Assembly: GCA_963707685.1 (NCBI GenBank)
Contig: CAVPRA010000008.1
Location: 74,963 to 138,962 of the forward strand
Source of the DNA: an uncultured Actinomycetota bacterium
Lineage (GTDB): Bacteria; Actinomycetota; Actinomycetes; Propionibacteriales; Nocardioidaceae
Reading direction: 5' to 3'
Length of the DNA stretch: 64,000 nucleotides
The translations under genes and the position numbers were made by a program. Positions 1-14,278 of the stretch are shown one piece after another. Below the pieces are notes generated by a model that was given only the letters and a program-made list of their open reading frames with translations, did no database searches and had not been told where the DNA came from. The number at the start of each line of letters is the position of its first letter. Position 1 is the first letter of the stretch.

Positions 1-1626
<1,626 letters not shown>

Positions 1627-1705
1627 CGCAAGGCCCCTCGGGTCGCGGGTCGGCCGGGGAGAAACGGCCGGGTCGAGCGTAGTGGACTCCCGATAGGCTC
1701 CTGCC

Positions 1706-2359
1706 ATGGAGGGACACGCCCCCGAGCCGTACCGGGACGCCAGCCGGATGCGCATCTCCGACGAGGACCGCCACCGGGTCGCCGAGGTGCTGCGCCAGGC
1801 CGCGGGCGAGGGCCGGATCGACATCGAGGAGCTCGACGAGCGGCTCGAGGCGACGTACCAGGCCAAGACCTACGGCGAGCTGGTGCCGATCACCGTCGAC
1901 CTGCCGACCGGGGCCGTGCCCGGACCCGCACCGCGTCCCGACCTGCCGGCGGGCGCTCCGGCGGCGCCGCGCTACGCCAGCTCCGTCGCGGTGATGTCGG
2001 AGACCCGGCGCACCGGCGCCTGGGTGGTCGAGGACGGCCACACCGCCTTCGCGCTGATGGGCAGCGTCGTGCTCGACCTGCGCGACGCCCGGTTCGAGCA
2101 GCGCGAGGTGACCGTCAACGCCAGCGCCGTGATGGGCGAGGTGAAGGTCCTGGTGGACGCCGCGACGACCGTGCGGATGGAGGGCTTCGGCGTGATGGGG
2201 GAGTACTCCGAGCAGCGGCCCAAGGTGCCCTTCGACGCCGACAACCCCGGTGTGACGGTCCGGGTGCGGGGTCTCGCGCTGATGGGCTCGGTGCACGTGC
2301 AGCGCCGCGGCCGCCCCGGCGAGGGGCTGCGCAAGCGGCTCGGCTGGCACGGCTCCTGA
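1706..2359 (+). CDS. DUF1707 (SHOCT-like) domain protein
   Basis: [33 protein letters not shown]...AKTYGEL signature; TAGGCT -10 just upstream. Confidence 0.85.
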   Translation: MEGHAPEPYRDASRMRISDEDRHRVAEVLRQAAGEGRIDIEELDERLEATYQAKTYGELVPITVDLPTGAVPGPAPRPDLPAGAPAAPRYASSVAVMSETRRTGAWVVEDGHTAFALMGSVVLDLRDARFEQREVTVNASAVMGEVKVLVDAATTVRMEGFGVMGEYSEQRPKVPFDADNPGVTVRVRGLALMGSVHVQRRGRPGEGLRKRLGWHGS

Positions 2360-2421
2360 GGGACGCCGAAGAGACGCGAAGAATTCGCCTCCAGAAGCGC
2401 TCCGCCGGTCACCGGATGGGC

Positions 2422-2510
2422 TACGTTGCGACTGAGAGCGGTCCCCGCCCTCCCCGAACGACCTCCTGACCCCGGGTCGGACCGATGTCGTTCGCCAGTT
2501 GTCTCTCTGA
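2422..2510 (+). promoter_or_regulatory. Candidate promoter and structured 5' leader of the ABC operon
   Basis: TACGTT at 2422; nested pairings CGAACGAC(2455-2462)/GTCGTTCG(2487-2494) and CTGACC/GGTCGG. Confidence 0.35.
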
Positions 2511-2527
2511 GCTCGTGGAGGTCCGTC

Positions 2528-3649
2528 ATGGCCAGAAGTTCCCTGCGTATGAGTCTCGTGGCCGGTGTCAGCGTGCTGGCGCTCGCCGCCTGCGCCCCGC
2601 CCTCCGACTCGGGCAACGGCGGCGGCGGCAGCAAGGCCGCGACCGCGACGTCGGCCGCAGGACCTCGGCGGCATGGACGCGCTGGTGAAGGCGGCCAAGA
2701 AGGAGGGCACGCTCAACGTCATCGCGCTGCCGCCCGACTGGGCCAACTACGCCAACATCATCAAGGCGTTCGGCGACAAGTACGGCATCAAGGTCAACTC
2801 CGCCCAGCCCGACGCCGCGAGCCAGGACGAGATCAACGCGGCCAAGTCGCTCAAGGGCACCGACCGCGCGCCCGACGTGTTCGACCTCGGCCAGTCGGTG
2901 GCGCTCGCGAACACCGTCGATGTTCGCGAAGTACAAGAACGCGAAGTGGGACGACATCAGCTCCGACTTCAAGGACGCCTCCGGCAGCTGGGTCAACGAC
3001 TACGGCGGCTACATGTCGATCGGCTACGACGCCAGCAAGGTGCCGACGGTCAAGGGCCTCGACGACCTGCTCGGGTCCGGCTTCAAGGGCAAGGTCGCGC
3101 TCAACGGCAACCCGACCGAGGCCGGCGCCGCGTTCAGCGGCGTGATGATGGCCTCGCTCGGCAACGGCGGCTCGGCCGACGACGTCAAGCCCGGCGTGGA
3201 CTACTTCGCGAAGCTCAAGAAGGCCGGCAACTTCCTGCCCGTCGACCCGACCTCGACCACCATCGAGTCCGGCCAGACCCCGGTGGTCATCGACTGGGAC
3301 TACCTCAACGCGGCCGAGTCCAAGAAGCTGAAGAACTGGAAGGTGGTCGTGCCCGAGCAACGCGGTGATCGCCGGCTACTACTACCAGGCCATCAACAAG
3401 GACGCGCCGCACCCGGCCGCGGCCCGGCTCTGGCAGGAGTTCCTCTACTCCGACGCGGGCCAGAACCTCTGGCTCGCCGGCGGCGCCCGCCCGGTGCGCG
3501 CCGACGCGATGGTCAAGGCCGGCACCATCGACAAGACGGCGTACGACGCGCTGCCGCCGGTCAACGGCAAGGCGGTCACCCCGACCGTCGCGCAGACCGA
3601 GAAGGCGACGAAGTACCTCTCGGCCAACTGGACCAAGGCCGTCGGCTGA
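2528..3649 (+). CDS. ABC transporter substrate-binding lipoprotein (Fe3+/polyamine/thiamine-like clade), frameshifted
   Basis: Lipobox LAAC; AAKKEGTLNVIALPPDWANY, APDVFDLG, APHPAAARLWQEFLYS spread over 4 ORF segments. Confidence 0.85.
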
Positions 3650-3652
3650 GTC

Positions 3653-4503
3653 GTGGCCAGGTCTCCCGGCTGACGCCGTGGCTGGCGCTGCTGCCGTTCC
3701 TGCTCTACCTGCTGGTCTTCCTGGTGGTGCCCACCCTCACGGTGGGGGTGGGCGCCTTCCAGGAGGACGGCCGGTTCTCGCTGGTCAACATCCAGGAGCT
3801 GTTCAGCGGCACGCTGCTGACGGTGCTGTGGAAGAGCATCGTGCTGTCGCTGAGCAGCGCGCTCGTGGGGGCGGTCTTCGGCTCGTTCCTCGCCTACCTC
3901 GTCGTCACCCGGCCGGCCACCAGCCTGTTCCGCCGGGTGGTGACGGCGGTCAGCGGCGTGCTCGCACAGTTCGGCGGCGTACCGCTGGCGTTCGCGTTCG
4001 TCGCCACCCTCGGGTTCTCCGGGGTGGTCACCCTGGCGCTGAAGAACACGTTCGGCATCGACATCTTCGGCTCCGGCTGGCTCTACGGGCTGCCCGGCCT
4101 GATCCTGGTCTACAGCTACTTCCAGATCCCGCTGATGGTGATCGTCTTCCTGCCCGCGCTCGACGGCGTCCGCCCGCAGTGGCGGGAGGCGGCGGTGAAC
4201 CTCGGGGCGAGCACCTGGGTCTACTGGCGACGGGTGGCCGGCCCGCTGCTGTTCCCGGCGTTCCTCGGCGCCACGCTGCTGCTGTTCGCCAACGCGTTCG
4301 CGGCGTACGCCACGGCGGCGGTGCTGGTCAGCCAGGGGCAGCCGATCCTGCCGCTGTTCATCCGGTCCGCGTTGACCAGCGAGGTCATGCTCGGCCGCCA
4401 GAACCTCGCCTTCGCGCTGGCCTTCGAGATGGTCGTCGTGGTGGCCGTGGTGATGACGCTCTACAGCCTGCTGGTGCGGCGCACGAGCCGGTGGCTGCAG
4501 TGA
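3653..4503 (+). CDS. ABC transporter permease (start uncertain)
   Basis: Multiple TM helices; EAA loop WREAAVNLGAS. Confidence 0.88.
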
Positions 4504-4513
4504 GGCGGCGCTC

Positions 4514-5296
4514 ATGAGGGGGTCGCTCGCCTGGCGGGTCACGAAGGTCGTGGCCTACGTCGTGTTCGGGCTGTTCTTCCTGGTCCCGCTGCTGTCGATG
4601 CTCGACTTCAGCACCCGGGCCCTGAACGGCGGCGGGCGCACCGGGCAGTTCTGGGCGAACCTCGTCACCGACGAGCTGCTGCGCTCGTCCATCATCACCT
4701 CGCTGCTGCTCTCGGTGCTCACCACGCTGCTGATGCTGGCGCTGCTCACCCCGACGATGATCTGGGTGCGGCTCCGGGTCCCGGCCGCCTCGAAGCTGAT
4801 CGAGTACCTCTGCCTGCTGCCGCTGACCATCCCGCCGCTGGTGATCGTGGTCGGCATCTCCAACGTCTACGCCTGGGTGTCCTACCTGTTCGGCAACTCA
4901 GCCCTCACGCTGACGTTCGCCTACGTGATCCTGGTGCTGCCCTACGCCTACCGCTCGATCGACAACGCGCTCGCCGCCATCAACGTGGTGACCCTCTCCG
5001 AGGCCGCCCGGTCCCTCGGAGCCGGCTGGGGCACGGTGATCGCGCGGATCGTGCTCCCGAACATCTGGCCGGGCGTCACCTCGGCCGCGTTCGTCTCCGT
5101 GGCGCTGGTGCTGGGGGAGTACACCTTCGCGTCGCTGCTGAACTTCGAGACGCTCCCGACCGTGATCGGCGCGCTCGGCAAGAGCGACGCCCCGACCTCG
5201 GTGGCCGCCTCGCTGGCCTCCTTGGTGTTCGCCTCCGCCCTGCTGCTCGTCCTCTCGTTCGTGGGCCGTCGCTCGCGGACCTCGAAAGGTGCCTGA
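4514..5296 (+). CDS. ABC transporter permease
   Basis: TM helices; EAARSLGAG. Confidence 0.9.
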   Translation: MRGSLAWRVTKVVAYVVFGLFFLVPLLSMLDFSTRALNGGGRTGQFWANLVTDELLRSSIITSLLLSVLTTLLMLALLTPTMIWVRLRVPAASKLIEYLCLLPLTIPPLVIVVGISNVYAWVSYLFGNSALTLTFAYVILVLPYAYRSIDNALAAINVVTLSEAARSLGAGWGTVIARIVLPNIWPGVTSAAFVSVALVLGEYTFASLLNFETLPTVIGALGKSDAPTSVAASLASLVFASALLLVLSFVGRRSRTSKGA

Positions 5297-6394
5297 CATG
5301 GCCGTGGCCGCCCACGCTCCCTCGACCGCCGGCGTCGCGGTGTCGCTCGTCGACCTGCGTCGCACCTACGGCAGCCTCCACGCGCTCGACGGGATGAGCC
5401 TGGAGATCGAGCCCGGCGAGATGGTGGTGCTGCTCGGCCCCTCGGGCTGCGGCAAGACCACCGCGCTGCGGATCCTCGCCGGGCTGGACCGCGCCGACCA
5501 GGGGCAGGTGCTGGTCGGCGGCGCGGACATCTCCGCGGTGCCCGCGAACAAGCGCGACATGGGCATGGTGTTCCAGGCCTACAGCCTCTTCCCGCACATG
5601 ACGGTCCGCGACAACGTCGCCTTCGGCCTGCGGCTGCGCGGGCAGGACCGCGGCAGGCGGCTCGAGCGGTCCGGCGAGATGCTGGAGCTGGTCGGTCTCT
5701 CGCAGTTCGCGGACCGCTACGCCCACCAGCTCTCCGGCGGCCAGCAGCAGCGCGTCGCGCTGGCCCGCGCCCTCGCCGTGGAGCCGGCGCGTGCTGCTGC
5801 TCGACGAGCCGCTGTCCGCCCTGGACGCCAAGGTCCGGGTGCAGCTGCGCGACGAGATCCGCCGCGTCCAGCTCGACGTCGGCACCACGACCCTGTTCGT
5901 CACCCACGACCAGGAGGAGGCGCTCGCCGTCGCCGACCGGGTCGGCGTGATGAACGCCGGGCGGCTCGACCAGATCGCCGCCCCCACCGAGCTCTACGCC
6001 CGCCCCGCCACCCGGTTCGTCGCGGAGTTCGTGGGGCTCAGCAACCGGGTCCGCACCGAGGTCGCCGCCGGGCAGGCCACCGTCCTCGGGTCGCGGGTCG
6101 GGCTGCTCGAGGGGTCGGTCGAGCACGGCGCCGGCGACGCCCTGGTGCGCCCGGAGTCGGTGCGCGTGACGGCGGCCGGTGACGGTGCCGACAACGGGGC
6201 CGGGGCGGCGAACGCGCGGGTCGTGTCGGTGGCGTTCCTCGGGCCCGTTCTCGCGGGTGCAGTGCCGCCTCGACGACGGCCAGCTGGTGGTCGCGCAGAC
6301 GTCGAGCTCGCAGGCCACCCGGCTCAGCGCCGACGCCGCGGTGCACGTCGACGTCGAGGCGGACGCCGTGCTGGTGGTGCCGGCCGGCGACTGA
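5289..6394 (+). CDS. ABC transporter ATP-binding subunit (PotA-like, C-terminal TOBE), frameshifted
   Basis: [27 protein letters not shown] across 3 ORFs. Confidence 0.9.
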
Positions 6395-6458
6395 CCGGCC
6401 CGCGTCGGAGCCTGGCCGGTCGGCCCGTCGGCCGCTAGTGTGAGCCCTGCCACACTCA

Positions 6459-6499
6459 CCTTTACGACGGATCGTCCGGCACGTACCTGCCGGTGAAGG
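6459..6499 (+). ncRNA. msiK RNA motif-like cis-regulatory three-way junction
   Basis: CCTTTAC(6459-65)/GTGAAGG(6493-99) closing stem with hairpins GACG-GAT-CGTC and CGGCA-CGTACC-TGCCG, immediately 5' of msiK and overlapping its RBS. Confidence 0.7.
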
Positions 6500-6510
6500 G
6501 ACAGATCAGC

Positions 6511-7590
<1,080 letters not shown>

Positions 7591-7606
7591 CCCGGCTCTG
7601 CCAGCA

Positions 7607-7639
7607 CAGCGCTCCCTCCGGTCTCCGGGGGGAGCGCTG
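7607..7639. terminator. Hairpin between convergent genes (probable bidirectional terminator)
   Basis: CAGCGCTCCCTCCGG-TCT-CCGGGGGGAGCGCTG. Confidence 0.7.
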
Positions 7640-7645
7640 CTGTCG

Positions 7646-8586
7646 TCAGGCGGCGGCCCGGTCGGCGGTGCGCCGGATCGCGTCGGTGAAGGTCTCGTAG
7701 AGCTCCGCCGGGGTGTCGTGGCCCATGCCGGGCACCAGCAGCAGCTCCGAGCCGGGCAGCGCGTGCGAGGTCGCGCGGCCCCCGGAGACGTGCACCATCT
7801 TGTCGCTGAGCCCGTGGATCACCAGCGCGGGCATCCGCAGCGTGCGGAGCCGGCGCGAGCGGTCGGGCTGCCGCAGGATCGCCAGGATCTGCCGGGCGGT
7901 CCCGGAGGCGCTGACCCCGCGGTCGAAGGTCTCCGCGGCCCGCTCGTCGACGGCCTCGCCGGGTCTCCGGGTAGCCCGGTGAGCCGATCAGCCGCCACAC
8001 GCGCGCCGACGAGGCGACGTACGAGCTCGCGCGTCTGGGCGCTGCGCGCCAGCAGCAGCGGGAGCAGCCGCGGGTCCTGCCAGCCGACGGTGCGGCGGCC
8101 GGTGGTGGACATGATCGAGGTCAGCGAGCGCACCCGCTCGGGGTGCAGCAGCGCCATCGTCTGCACGATCATGCCGCCCATCGAGATGCCGGCGACGTGG
8201 GCGGACTCCAGGCCCAGGTGGTCGAGCAGCCCGAAGGCGTCACCGGCCATGTCGTCGAGCGTGTACGGCGGCCGCGGGCCCCGCCCGAAGAACGCCTCCA
8301 CGACCTGCCGCCGCGACACCCGGGCCCGCACCCGGGACGAGCGGCCGACGTCGCGGTTGTCGAACCGGATCACGAAGAAGCCCGCGTCCGCGAGCATCCG
8401 GCACAGCTCGGGGCGCCACCAGGTCATCGGGCCGCCCAGGCCCATCACGAGCAGCAGCGGGTCGCCTGCGGGGTCGCCGAAGGTCTGGTAGCAGATCTCG
8501 AGCCCGTTCCCGAGCGGGGCCACCCGCTCGGGCGAGGCCCCCTCGGGCACGGCGGAGGAGGCCGCGCCGGGCGTGGTGCTGGTCAT
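7646..8586 (-). CDS. Alpha/beta hydrolase, frameshifted
   Basis: GISMGG nucleophile elbow, RFDNRDVG, IHGLSDKMV...GMGHD. Confidence 0.85.
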
Positions 8587-8748
8587 CGCCGACCCTCTCG
8601 TCTCGGAAGCGCTCCCTCGATGTTACCGACCGGTTCGAGGGGACGGCCACGGGTGGCGCGAACCTCGCGAGCCTCGCGATCCGGACAAGTCGGTAACGTT
8701 CCGGCGGTCACTCGCATACTTTCGGTTTCAAGTGGTTACCGTCACATC

Positions 8749-9600
8749 ATGGACACGCCGCTCGGCTCCTTCCTCTGCCCTCCGGGGTTCGCCGGGCCCA
8801 CCGGGCTGCGCGCCATCGCCCGTGAGGGCAGCGCCGTCTCCGAGGCCGCCCGCTTCGTCCGCCGCAGCGCCCACGACCGGCGGCACCGCCGGGACACGCC
8901 GTACGCCCTGCGGGCCCCCGAGCACGCCCTCGCGCCGGTGGTGCTGGTGCCCGGCTTCATGGCCGGCGACGGCAGCCTCGCGGCTGATGTCGCGCCGGCT
9001 GCGCGGACTGGGCTACCGCACCTACCGCTCGCTGATGCACGCCAACGTCGGCTGCACCCAGGAGGCCTCCGAGACGCTGGAGCGCCGCATCGAGGCCATC
9101 GCGCTGCGCCGCGGCCGCAAGGTGACCGTCGTCGGGCACAGCCTCGGCGGCCTGATGGCCCGCGGCCTGGCCGGCAAGCGGCCCGACCTGATCGACGGGA
9201 TCGTCACGCTCGGCAGCCCGATCCTGGCGCCCGGCGCCGCCCACCCGATCCTGCTCTTCGACCTCAAGATGGTCACCCGGCTGCAGCGGGCCGGCCTCGG
9301 GAGGCTGATGGGCGAGGACTGCACCTCGGGCGAGTGCGCCCGGGCGAGCTGGGAGCAGGCCCGGGTGCCGCTGGCCCGGGACGTGTCGTTCACCTCGGTG
9401 TTCTCCCGGCGCGACGGGATCGTCGACTGGCGCAGCTGCCTGGACCCGCAGGCCTCGACCGTGGAGGTCGCGACCAGCCACCTCGGCATGGCCTTCGACC
9501 CGGGGGTGCTCGACCTCGTCTGCGAGACGCTGGCGGCCCAGCAGGCCGGCCGGACCGCGCCGGGACGCCCGTCAGGGGCTCAGCCGGCGGGCCAGGTTGG
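8749..9600 (+). CDS. Esterase/lipase (alpha/beta) protein, frameshifted; 3' end uncertain
   Basis: PVVLVPGFMAGD, GHSLGG, SRRDGIVDW, SHLGM. Confidence 0.75.
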
Positions 9601-10534
9601 CGGCAGTTCCCGAAGTGTCGGCGGGTTAGCCCCGCGCCGCGAGCAGGTCACCGCCGCGGCCGTGGCCGCCCCGCGCACCAGCAGCTCGACGCGCGCGTCG
9701 TCGAGCGCCGCCAGCGCCCCCTCGCCGTCGGCCACCACGCCCCACTCGAACAGCATCGCGAGCATCGCGGCCATGAACGAGTCGCCGGCGCCGACGGTGT
9801 CGACCACCTGGGTCGGCGGCGCCTTGACGTCCAGGGTCGCCGCCCTCGGTGAACGCCCGGGCACCGTGGGCGCCGCGGGTCAGCACCACCAGCTCGGTGC
9901 GGCCGCCGGCCAGCAGCCCACGGCAGACGTCCTCCTCGGAGTCCCCGGGCCGGAGCAGCCGGAGGTCCTCGTCGGAGAGCTTGACCAGGCGTCGAGCCCG
10001 CCGCGATCTCGACCACGTCGCGCCAGGCGGCCTCGGCGTCGTCGAGGAAGAACGGCCGGATGTTCGGGTCGAAGCTGACGAACACCTGCTCCTCGGTGGC
10101 CTGCCGGACCAGGTCGACGACGGCGTCCTTCGCCCGGCTGCACGGTGGTGCCGAGGGAGCCGACGTGGATGCCGGCGACGTCGTCGCCGGAGCCGCTGGG
10201 GCGGCAGGTCCCACACGATCTCGAAGTCGTACGTCGCCGCGTGCGACGCATCCAGGTGGGCGGTGGCCGTGCTCGTCGCACCGCCGGGGACGATCGACCC
10301 CTCGGCGAGGGTCACGTCGCTGTCGCGGAGGTGGGCCAGCACCAGGTCGCCGTACCGGTCCTCGCCGAGGCGGGTCACCAGCGTGGTCGGCACCTCGAGG
10401 CGCGCCAGCCCGACCGCGACGTTGAGGCACGAGCCGCCGACGGCGTCGTGGCGCTCGCCGCCCCCCGACGGGACCACGATGTCGACGAGCGACTCGCCGA
10501 CGACCACGAACGGGGACGGCACGGCCGCGACCAC
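9580..10534 (-). CDS. PfkB-family carbohydrate kinase (fructokinase-like), frameshifted
   Basis: GGSCLNVAVGLARL, SFDPNIRP, VDTVGAGDSF. Confidence 0.88.
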
Positions 10535-10535
10535 C

Positions 10536-11570
10536 TCAGCGCCCGAAGTCCACGGCGGCGTAGGCCTTGAGCTTCTGCAGCTTGTGCTCGGACCGGATGG
10601 AGCGGATCGTGCCGCTGCGTGAGCGCATCACCAGCGAGTGGGTGCGTGCGCCGCCGCCGCTGTAGCGCACCCCCTCCATGATCTCGCCGTCGGTGATGCC
10701 GGTCGCCACGAAGAACACGTCGTCACCGGTGACCAGGTCGTCGGTGGCCAGCACCGTGTCGGGGTCGAGGTCGTGGCCGGCGTCGAGCGCGCGCTGCCGC
10801 TCCTCGTCGTCCTTGGGCCACAGCCGGCCCTGGATCACGCCGTCGAGGCACTTCATCGCGCAGGCGGCGATGATGCCCTCCGGGGTGCCCCCGATCCCGA
10901 GCAGCAGGTCGATGCCGGTGTCGGCGCGGGCCGCCATGATCGCGCCGGCGACGTCACCGTCGGTGATGAACTTGATGCGGGCGCCGGTCGCGCGGATCTC
11001 CGCGGCGATCTTCTCGTGGCGGGGGCGGTCCAGCAGCACCACCGTGACGTCCTCGGGGGCGCTGCCCTTGGCCTTCGCCACCTGGTGGATGTTCTCGGCG
11101 ATCGGGTAGCGGATGTCGACGACGTCGGCCGCCTCCGGGCCGGTGACCAGCTTCTCCATGTAGAACACCGCCGACGGGTCGTACATCGACCCGCGCGGCG
11201 CCACGGCCATCACGGCGATCGCGTTGGTCATGCCCTTGGCGGCCAGCGTGGTGCCGTCGATGGGGTCGACGGCCACGTCGCACTCGGGGCCGGTGCCGTC
11301 GCCGACCTGCTCGCCGTTGAACAGCATCGGGGCGTTGTCCTTCTCGCCCTCGCCGATCACCACGACGCCCCGCATCCCGACGGTCGAGATCAGCGTCCGC
11401 ATCGCGTTGACGGCCACGCCGTCGGCACCGTTCTTGTCACCGCGGCCGACCCAGCGGCCGGCGGCCATCGCGGCGGCCTCGGTGACCCTGACCAGCTCGA
11501 GTGCCAGGTTGCGGTCCGGGGCCTCGTGAGCCGCGGACAGGGCGGGGGAGACGTCGTGGGCTTCCGGCAT
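10536..11570 (-). CDS. glpX: Class II fructose-1,6-bisphosphatase
   Basis: [30 protein letters not shown]. Confidence 0.97.
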   Translation of the reverse strand: MPEAHDVSPALSAAHEAPDRNLALELVRVTEAAAMAAGRWVGRGDKNGADGVAVNAMRTLISTVGMRGVVVIGEGEKDNAPMLFNGEQVGDGTGPECDVAVDPIDGTTLAAKGMTNAIAVMAVAPRGSMYDPSAVFYMEKLVTGPEAADVVDIRYPIAENIHQVAKAKGSAPEDVTVVLLDRPRHEKIAAEIRATGARIKFITDGDVAGAIMAARADTGIDLLLGIGGTPEGIIAACAMKCLDGVIQGRLWPKDDEERQRALDAGHDLDPDTVLATDDLVTGDDVFFVATGITDGEIMEGVRYSGGGARTHSLVMRSRSGTIRSIRSEHKLQKLKAYAAVDFGR

Positions 11571-11590
11571 GCCCGGATCCTAGCCGGGGC

Positions 11591-12655
11591 TCACGCCTCG
11601 TCGTAGACCGAGATCTCGGTGGCCTTGACGGTCGCCCACACCGCGGTGCCCGGCGCCAGGCGCAGCTGGGCCGCCGAGGCGGGGGTGACGTCGGCGATCA
11701 GACCACCGGCCGCGTCGACGTGGACCCGGACCTCCGAGCCGTGCGGCGCGACGGTGGTCACGGCGCCCGGCCAGCGGTTGCGGGCCGAGCCGCCGGGCTC
11801 GCCGACCGTGAGCGTCACCGCCGACGGCGGGAAGCAGGCGCTGACGTCGCCGCGCGCCGGCGTGCTCGAGACCAGCACGCCGCCGTCGCGCAGCCGGATC
11901 GAGGTGCCGTCGCTGGTGCCGCGCAGCACGTTGAGCCCGACCAGCCGGGCCACGTGGTCGGTGGCCGGCCGGCGCGCGACCTCCGCCGGGGTGCCGACCT
12001 GCGCGACCCGGCCGTCGTCGATGACCAGCACGCGGTTGGCCACCGTCATCGCGTCCAGGGCGTCGTGGGTGACCAGCACGGAGACGCCGTCGAACTCGGC
12101 GAGGTGCCGGGCGAGCTCGATGCGCAGCGCCATCGCGACCCCGACGTCGAGGGCGGAGAGCGGCTCGTCGAGCAGCAGCAGCCGGGGCCGGGCCGCCAGC
12201 GCCCGGGCCACCGCGACCCGCTGCGCCTGACCGCCGGAGAGCTGCGCGGGGCGGCGCTCGGCCAGCTCCGCCACCCCGAGCCGGGCCAGCCACGCCCGCG
12301 CCTCACGCTCCGCGTCGCGGCGGCGCGTCCCCCGGCTGCGCAGGCCGTAGGCGACGTTCTCGGTGGCGGTCAGGTGCGGGAACAGCAGCCCCTGCTGGAA
12401 GACCATGCCGACCCGCCGGAGCCGCGCCTCCCGCCGGATCCCGCCCGGCTCGGCGTCCCAGGTCTCGCCGTCGCACACCACCCGGCCCTCGTCGAGCGGC
12501 ACCACGCCCGCGAGCGCGCGCACCAGGGTCGACTTGCCGGCCCCGTTGGGCCCGATGACGGCCAGCACGTCCCCCCGTTCCGCGCGCACGTGCACGTCGA
12601 GGGTGTGCGCGGGTCGTCGGACGACCACGTGCGCGTCGAGGAACGGCTCGTTCAC
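11591..12655 (-). CDS. modC: Molybdate ABC ATP-binding protein with TOBE domain
   Basis: GPNGAGKS, LSGGQAQR, C-terminal VWATVKAT; GTG start overlaps modB stop. Confidence 0.85.
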   Translation of the reverse strand: MNEPFLDAHVVVRRPAHTLDVHVRAERGDVLAVIGPNGAGKSTLVRALAGVVPLDEGRVVCDGETWDAEPGGIRREARLRRVGMVFQQGLLFPHLTATENVAYGLRSRGTRRRDAEREARAWLARLGVAELAERRPAQLSGGQAQRVAVARALAARPRLLLLDEPLSALDVGVAMALRIELARHLAEFDGVSVLVTHDALDAMTVANRVLVIDDGRVAQVGTPAEVARRPATDHVARLVGLNVLRGTSDGTSIRLRDGGVLVSSTPARGDVSACFPPSAVTLTVGEPGGSARNRWPGAVTTVAPHGSEVRVHVDAAGGLIADVTPASAAQLRLAPGTAVWATVKATEISVYDEA

Positions 12656-13464
12656 ACCCGCACGGTGCCCTGTGCGGCGACGTCGAACCACCGCTCCCGC
12701 AGCAGTGCCAGCACCGCGACCGAGACGAACATCAAGATCACGCTCAGCACGAGGGCGGCGTCGGGGTCGGCCTGCAGCGCGACGTAGATGGCGTTGGGCA
12801 TCGTCCGGGTGGTGCCCGGGTAGTTGCCGGCGAACGTGATCGTGGCGCCGAACTCCCCGAGGGCGCGCGCCCACGCGAGCACCAGCCCGGCGAGCAGGCC
12901 GGGGCGCGCCAGCGGCAGCGACACGGTCCGGAAGATCGTCCACCGGCTGGCGCCGAGGGTGGCCGCCACGACGTCGTACTCCCGGTCGGTGGCGCGCAGC
13001 GCACCCTCCACGGCCAGCACGAAGAACGGCAGCGACACGAAGGTGTGGGCGAGCACCACCGCGAACGTGGTGAACGGGATCGTGATCCCGAACGCCTGCT
13101 CCAGCGGCTCGCCGACGAGGCCCCGTCGGCCGAAGGCCGACAGCAGCGCGACGCCGCCGACCACCGGGGGCAGCACCAGCGGCACGATGACGAGTGCCCG
13201 CACCACCGACCGGCCGGGGAAGTCGACCCGGGCCAGCGCCCAGGCCAGCGGCACCCCGAGCGCGACCACCACCGCGAGGGCGGCCAGCGAGGTCACCAGC
13301 GACAGCCGCAGGGCGTCGAGGATCTCGGGGCTGGTCAGCTGCTCGACGAAGTCCGACCACGGCGTGCGGACCAGCAGCGCCACCATCGGCAGCGCCAGGA
13401 ACACCGCGCCGACCAGCGCTGGCACCAGCAGCCGAGCCGGTGCCCGCCCGAGCGCTGCGCTCAT
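12652..13464 (-). CDS. modB: Molybdate ABC permease
   Basis: PLVLPPVVGG, ARALGEFGATITFAGN. Confidence 0.93.
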   Translation of the reverse strand: MSAALGRAPARLLVPALVGAVFLALPMVALLVRTPWSDFVEQLTSPEILDALRLSLVTSLAALAVVVALGVPLAWALARVDFPGRSVVRALVIVPLVLPPVVGGVALLSAFGRRGLVGEPLEQAFGITIPFTTFAVVLAHTFVSLPFFVLAVEGALRATDREYDVVAATLGASRWTIFRTVSLPLARPGLLAGLVLAWARALGEFGATITFAGNYPGTTRTMPNAIYVALQADPDAALVLSVILMFVSVAVLALLRERWFDVAAQGTVRV

Positions 13465-13489
13465 GGCCGGCTGCTCACTGACGGCTTGC

Positions 13490-14278
13490 TCACGGCTTGC
13501 CGAACCCCGCGTCCGCCAGCACCTTCTGGCCCTTGGTCGAGAGCACCAGGTCCACGAACTGCTGGGCCAGCGTCGACTTCTCGGAGTCCTTCAGCGCCGC
13601 GATCGGGTAGCTGTTGAGGTTCTCGTTCGAGGTCGGGATGTCGACCTTCTTGACGCTGTCGCCGCCGGCGACCGCGTCGGTCTCGTAGACCAGCCCGGCG
13701 TCGGCCTCGCCCGCGGACACCTTGCTCAGCACCGCCTTGACGTCGACCTCCTCGCTGACCGGCTCGGCCTTGATGCCGGTGTTCGCGAGGACCTTGACGG
13801 CCAGCTTGCCGCAGGGCGCGGTGTCGACGCAGACGACGTACTTCACGCCCTTCTTGTCCAGGTCGGAGAACTGCGTGATGCCGGCCGGGTTGTCCTTCGG
13901 CACCACCATCACGAGGTGGTTGGTGGCGAACAGCTGGGGTGTCCTCGCGGTGTCGCCGGCGTCGCTGACGGTCTTCATGGTGTCCTCGTCGGCAGTGGCG
14001 AGCACGTCGGCGGGCGCGCCCTGCGTGACCTGCTCGGCGAGCGTGGCGCTGGAGTCGAAGGCCGTCTTGACCTTCACGCCGGGGTGGTCGGCCTCGAAGT
14101 CCTGGGCCAGCTCGGTGAAGGTGCCGGTCAGCGACGCGGCGCCGAGCACGTTGATGGTGCCCGTGGTGCTGCTGCCCGACGAGGCGCTCGAGGAGTCGTC
14201 CGAGCCGCAGCCGGCCAGCACCAGGGCGGCCAGCAGCGTTGCGAGCAGGGACAGGGTGAGCCTGGTGCGGGTTCTCAT
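13490..14278 (-). CDS. modA: Molybdate-binding lipoprotein
   Basis: Lipobox LAGC; AASLT, DSSATLAEQ, ADVLATAD, EADAGLVYETD. Confidence 0.93.
   Translation of the reverse strand: MRTRTRLTLSLLATLLAALVLAGCGSDDSSSASSGSSTTGTINVLGAASLTGTFTELAQDFEADHPGVKVKTAFDSSATLAEQVTQGAPADVLATADEDTMKTVSDAGDTARTPQLFATNHLVMVVPKDNPAGITQFSDLDKKGVKYVVCVDTAPCGKLAVKVLANTGIKAEPVSEEVDVKAVLSKVSAGEADAGLVYETDAVAGGDSVKKVDIPTSNENLNSYPIAALKDSEKSTLAQQFVDLVLSTKGQKVLADAGFGKP

Noticed and set aside
2430-2510. TPP riboswitch (CTGAGA present upstream of an ABC importer)
   Set aside because: Lacks the CCTGAT...GCGNAGGGA 3' consensus; kept only as an unclassified structured leader.
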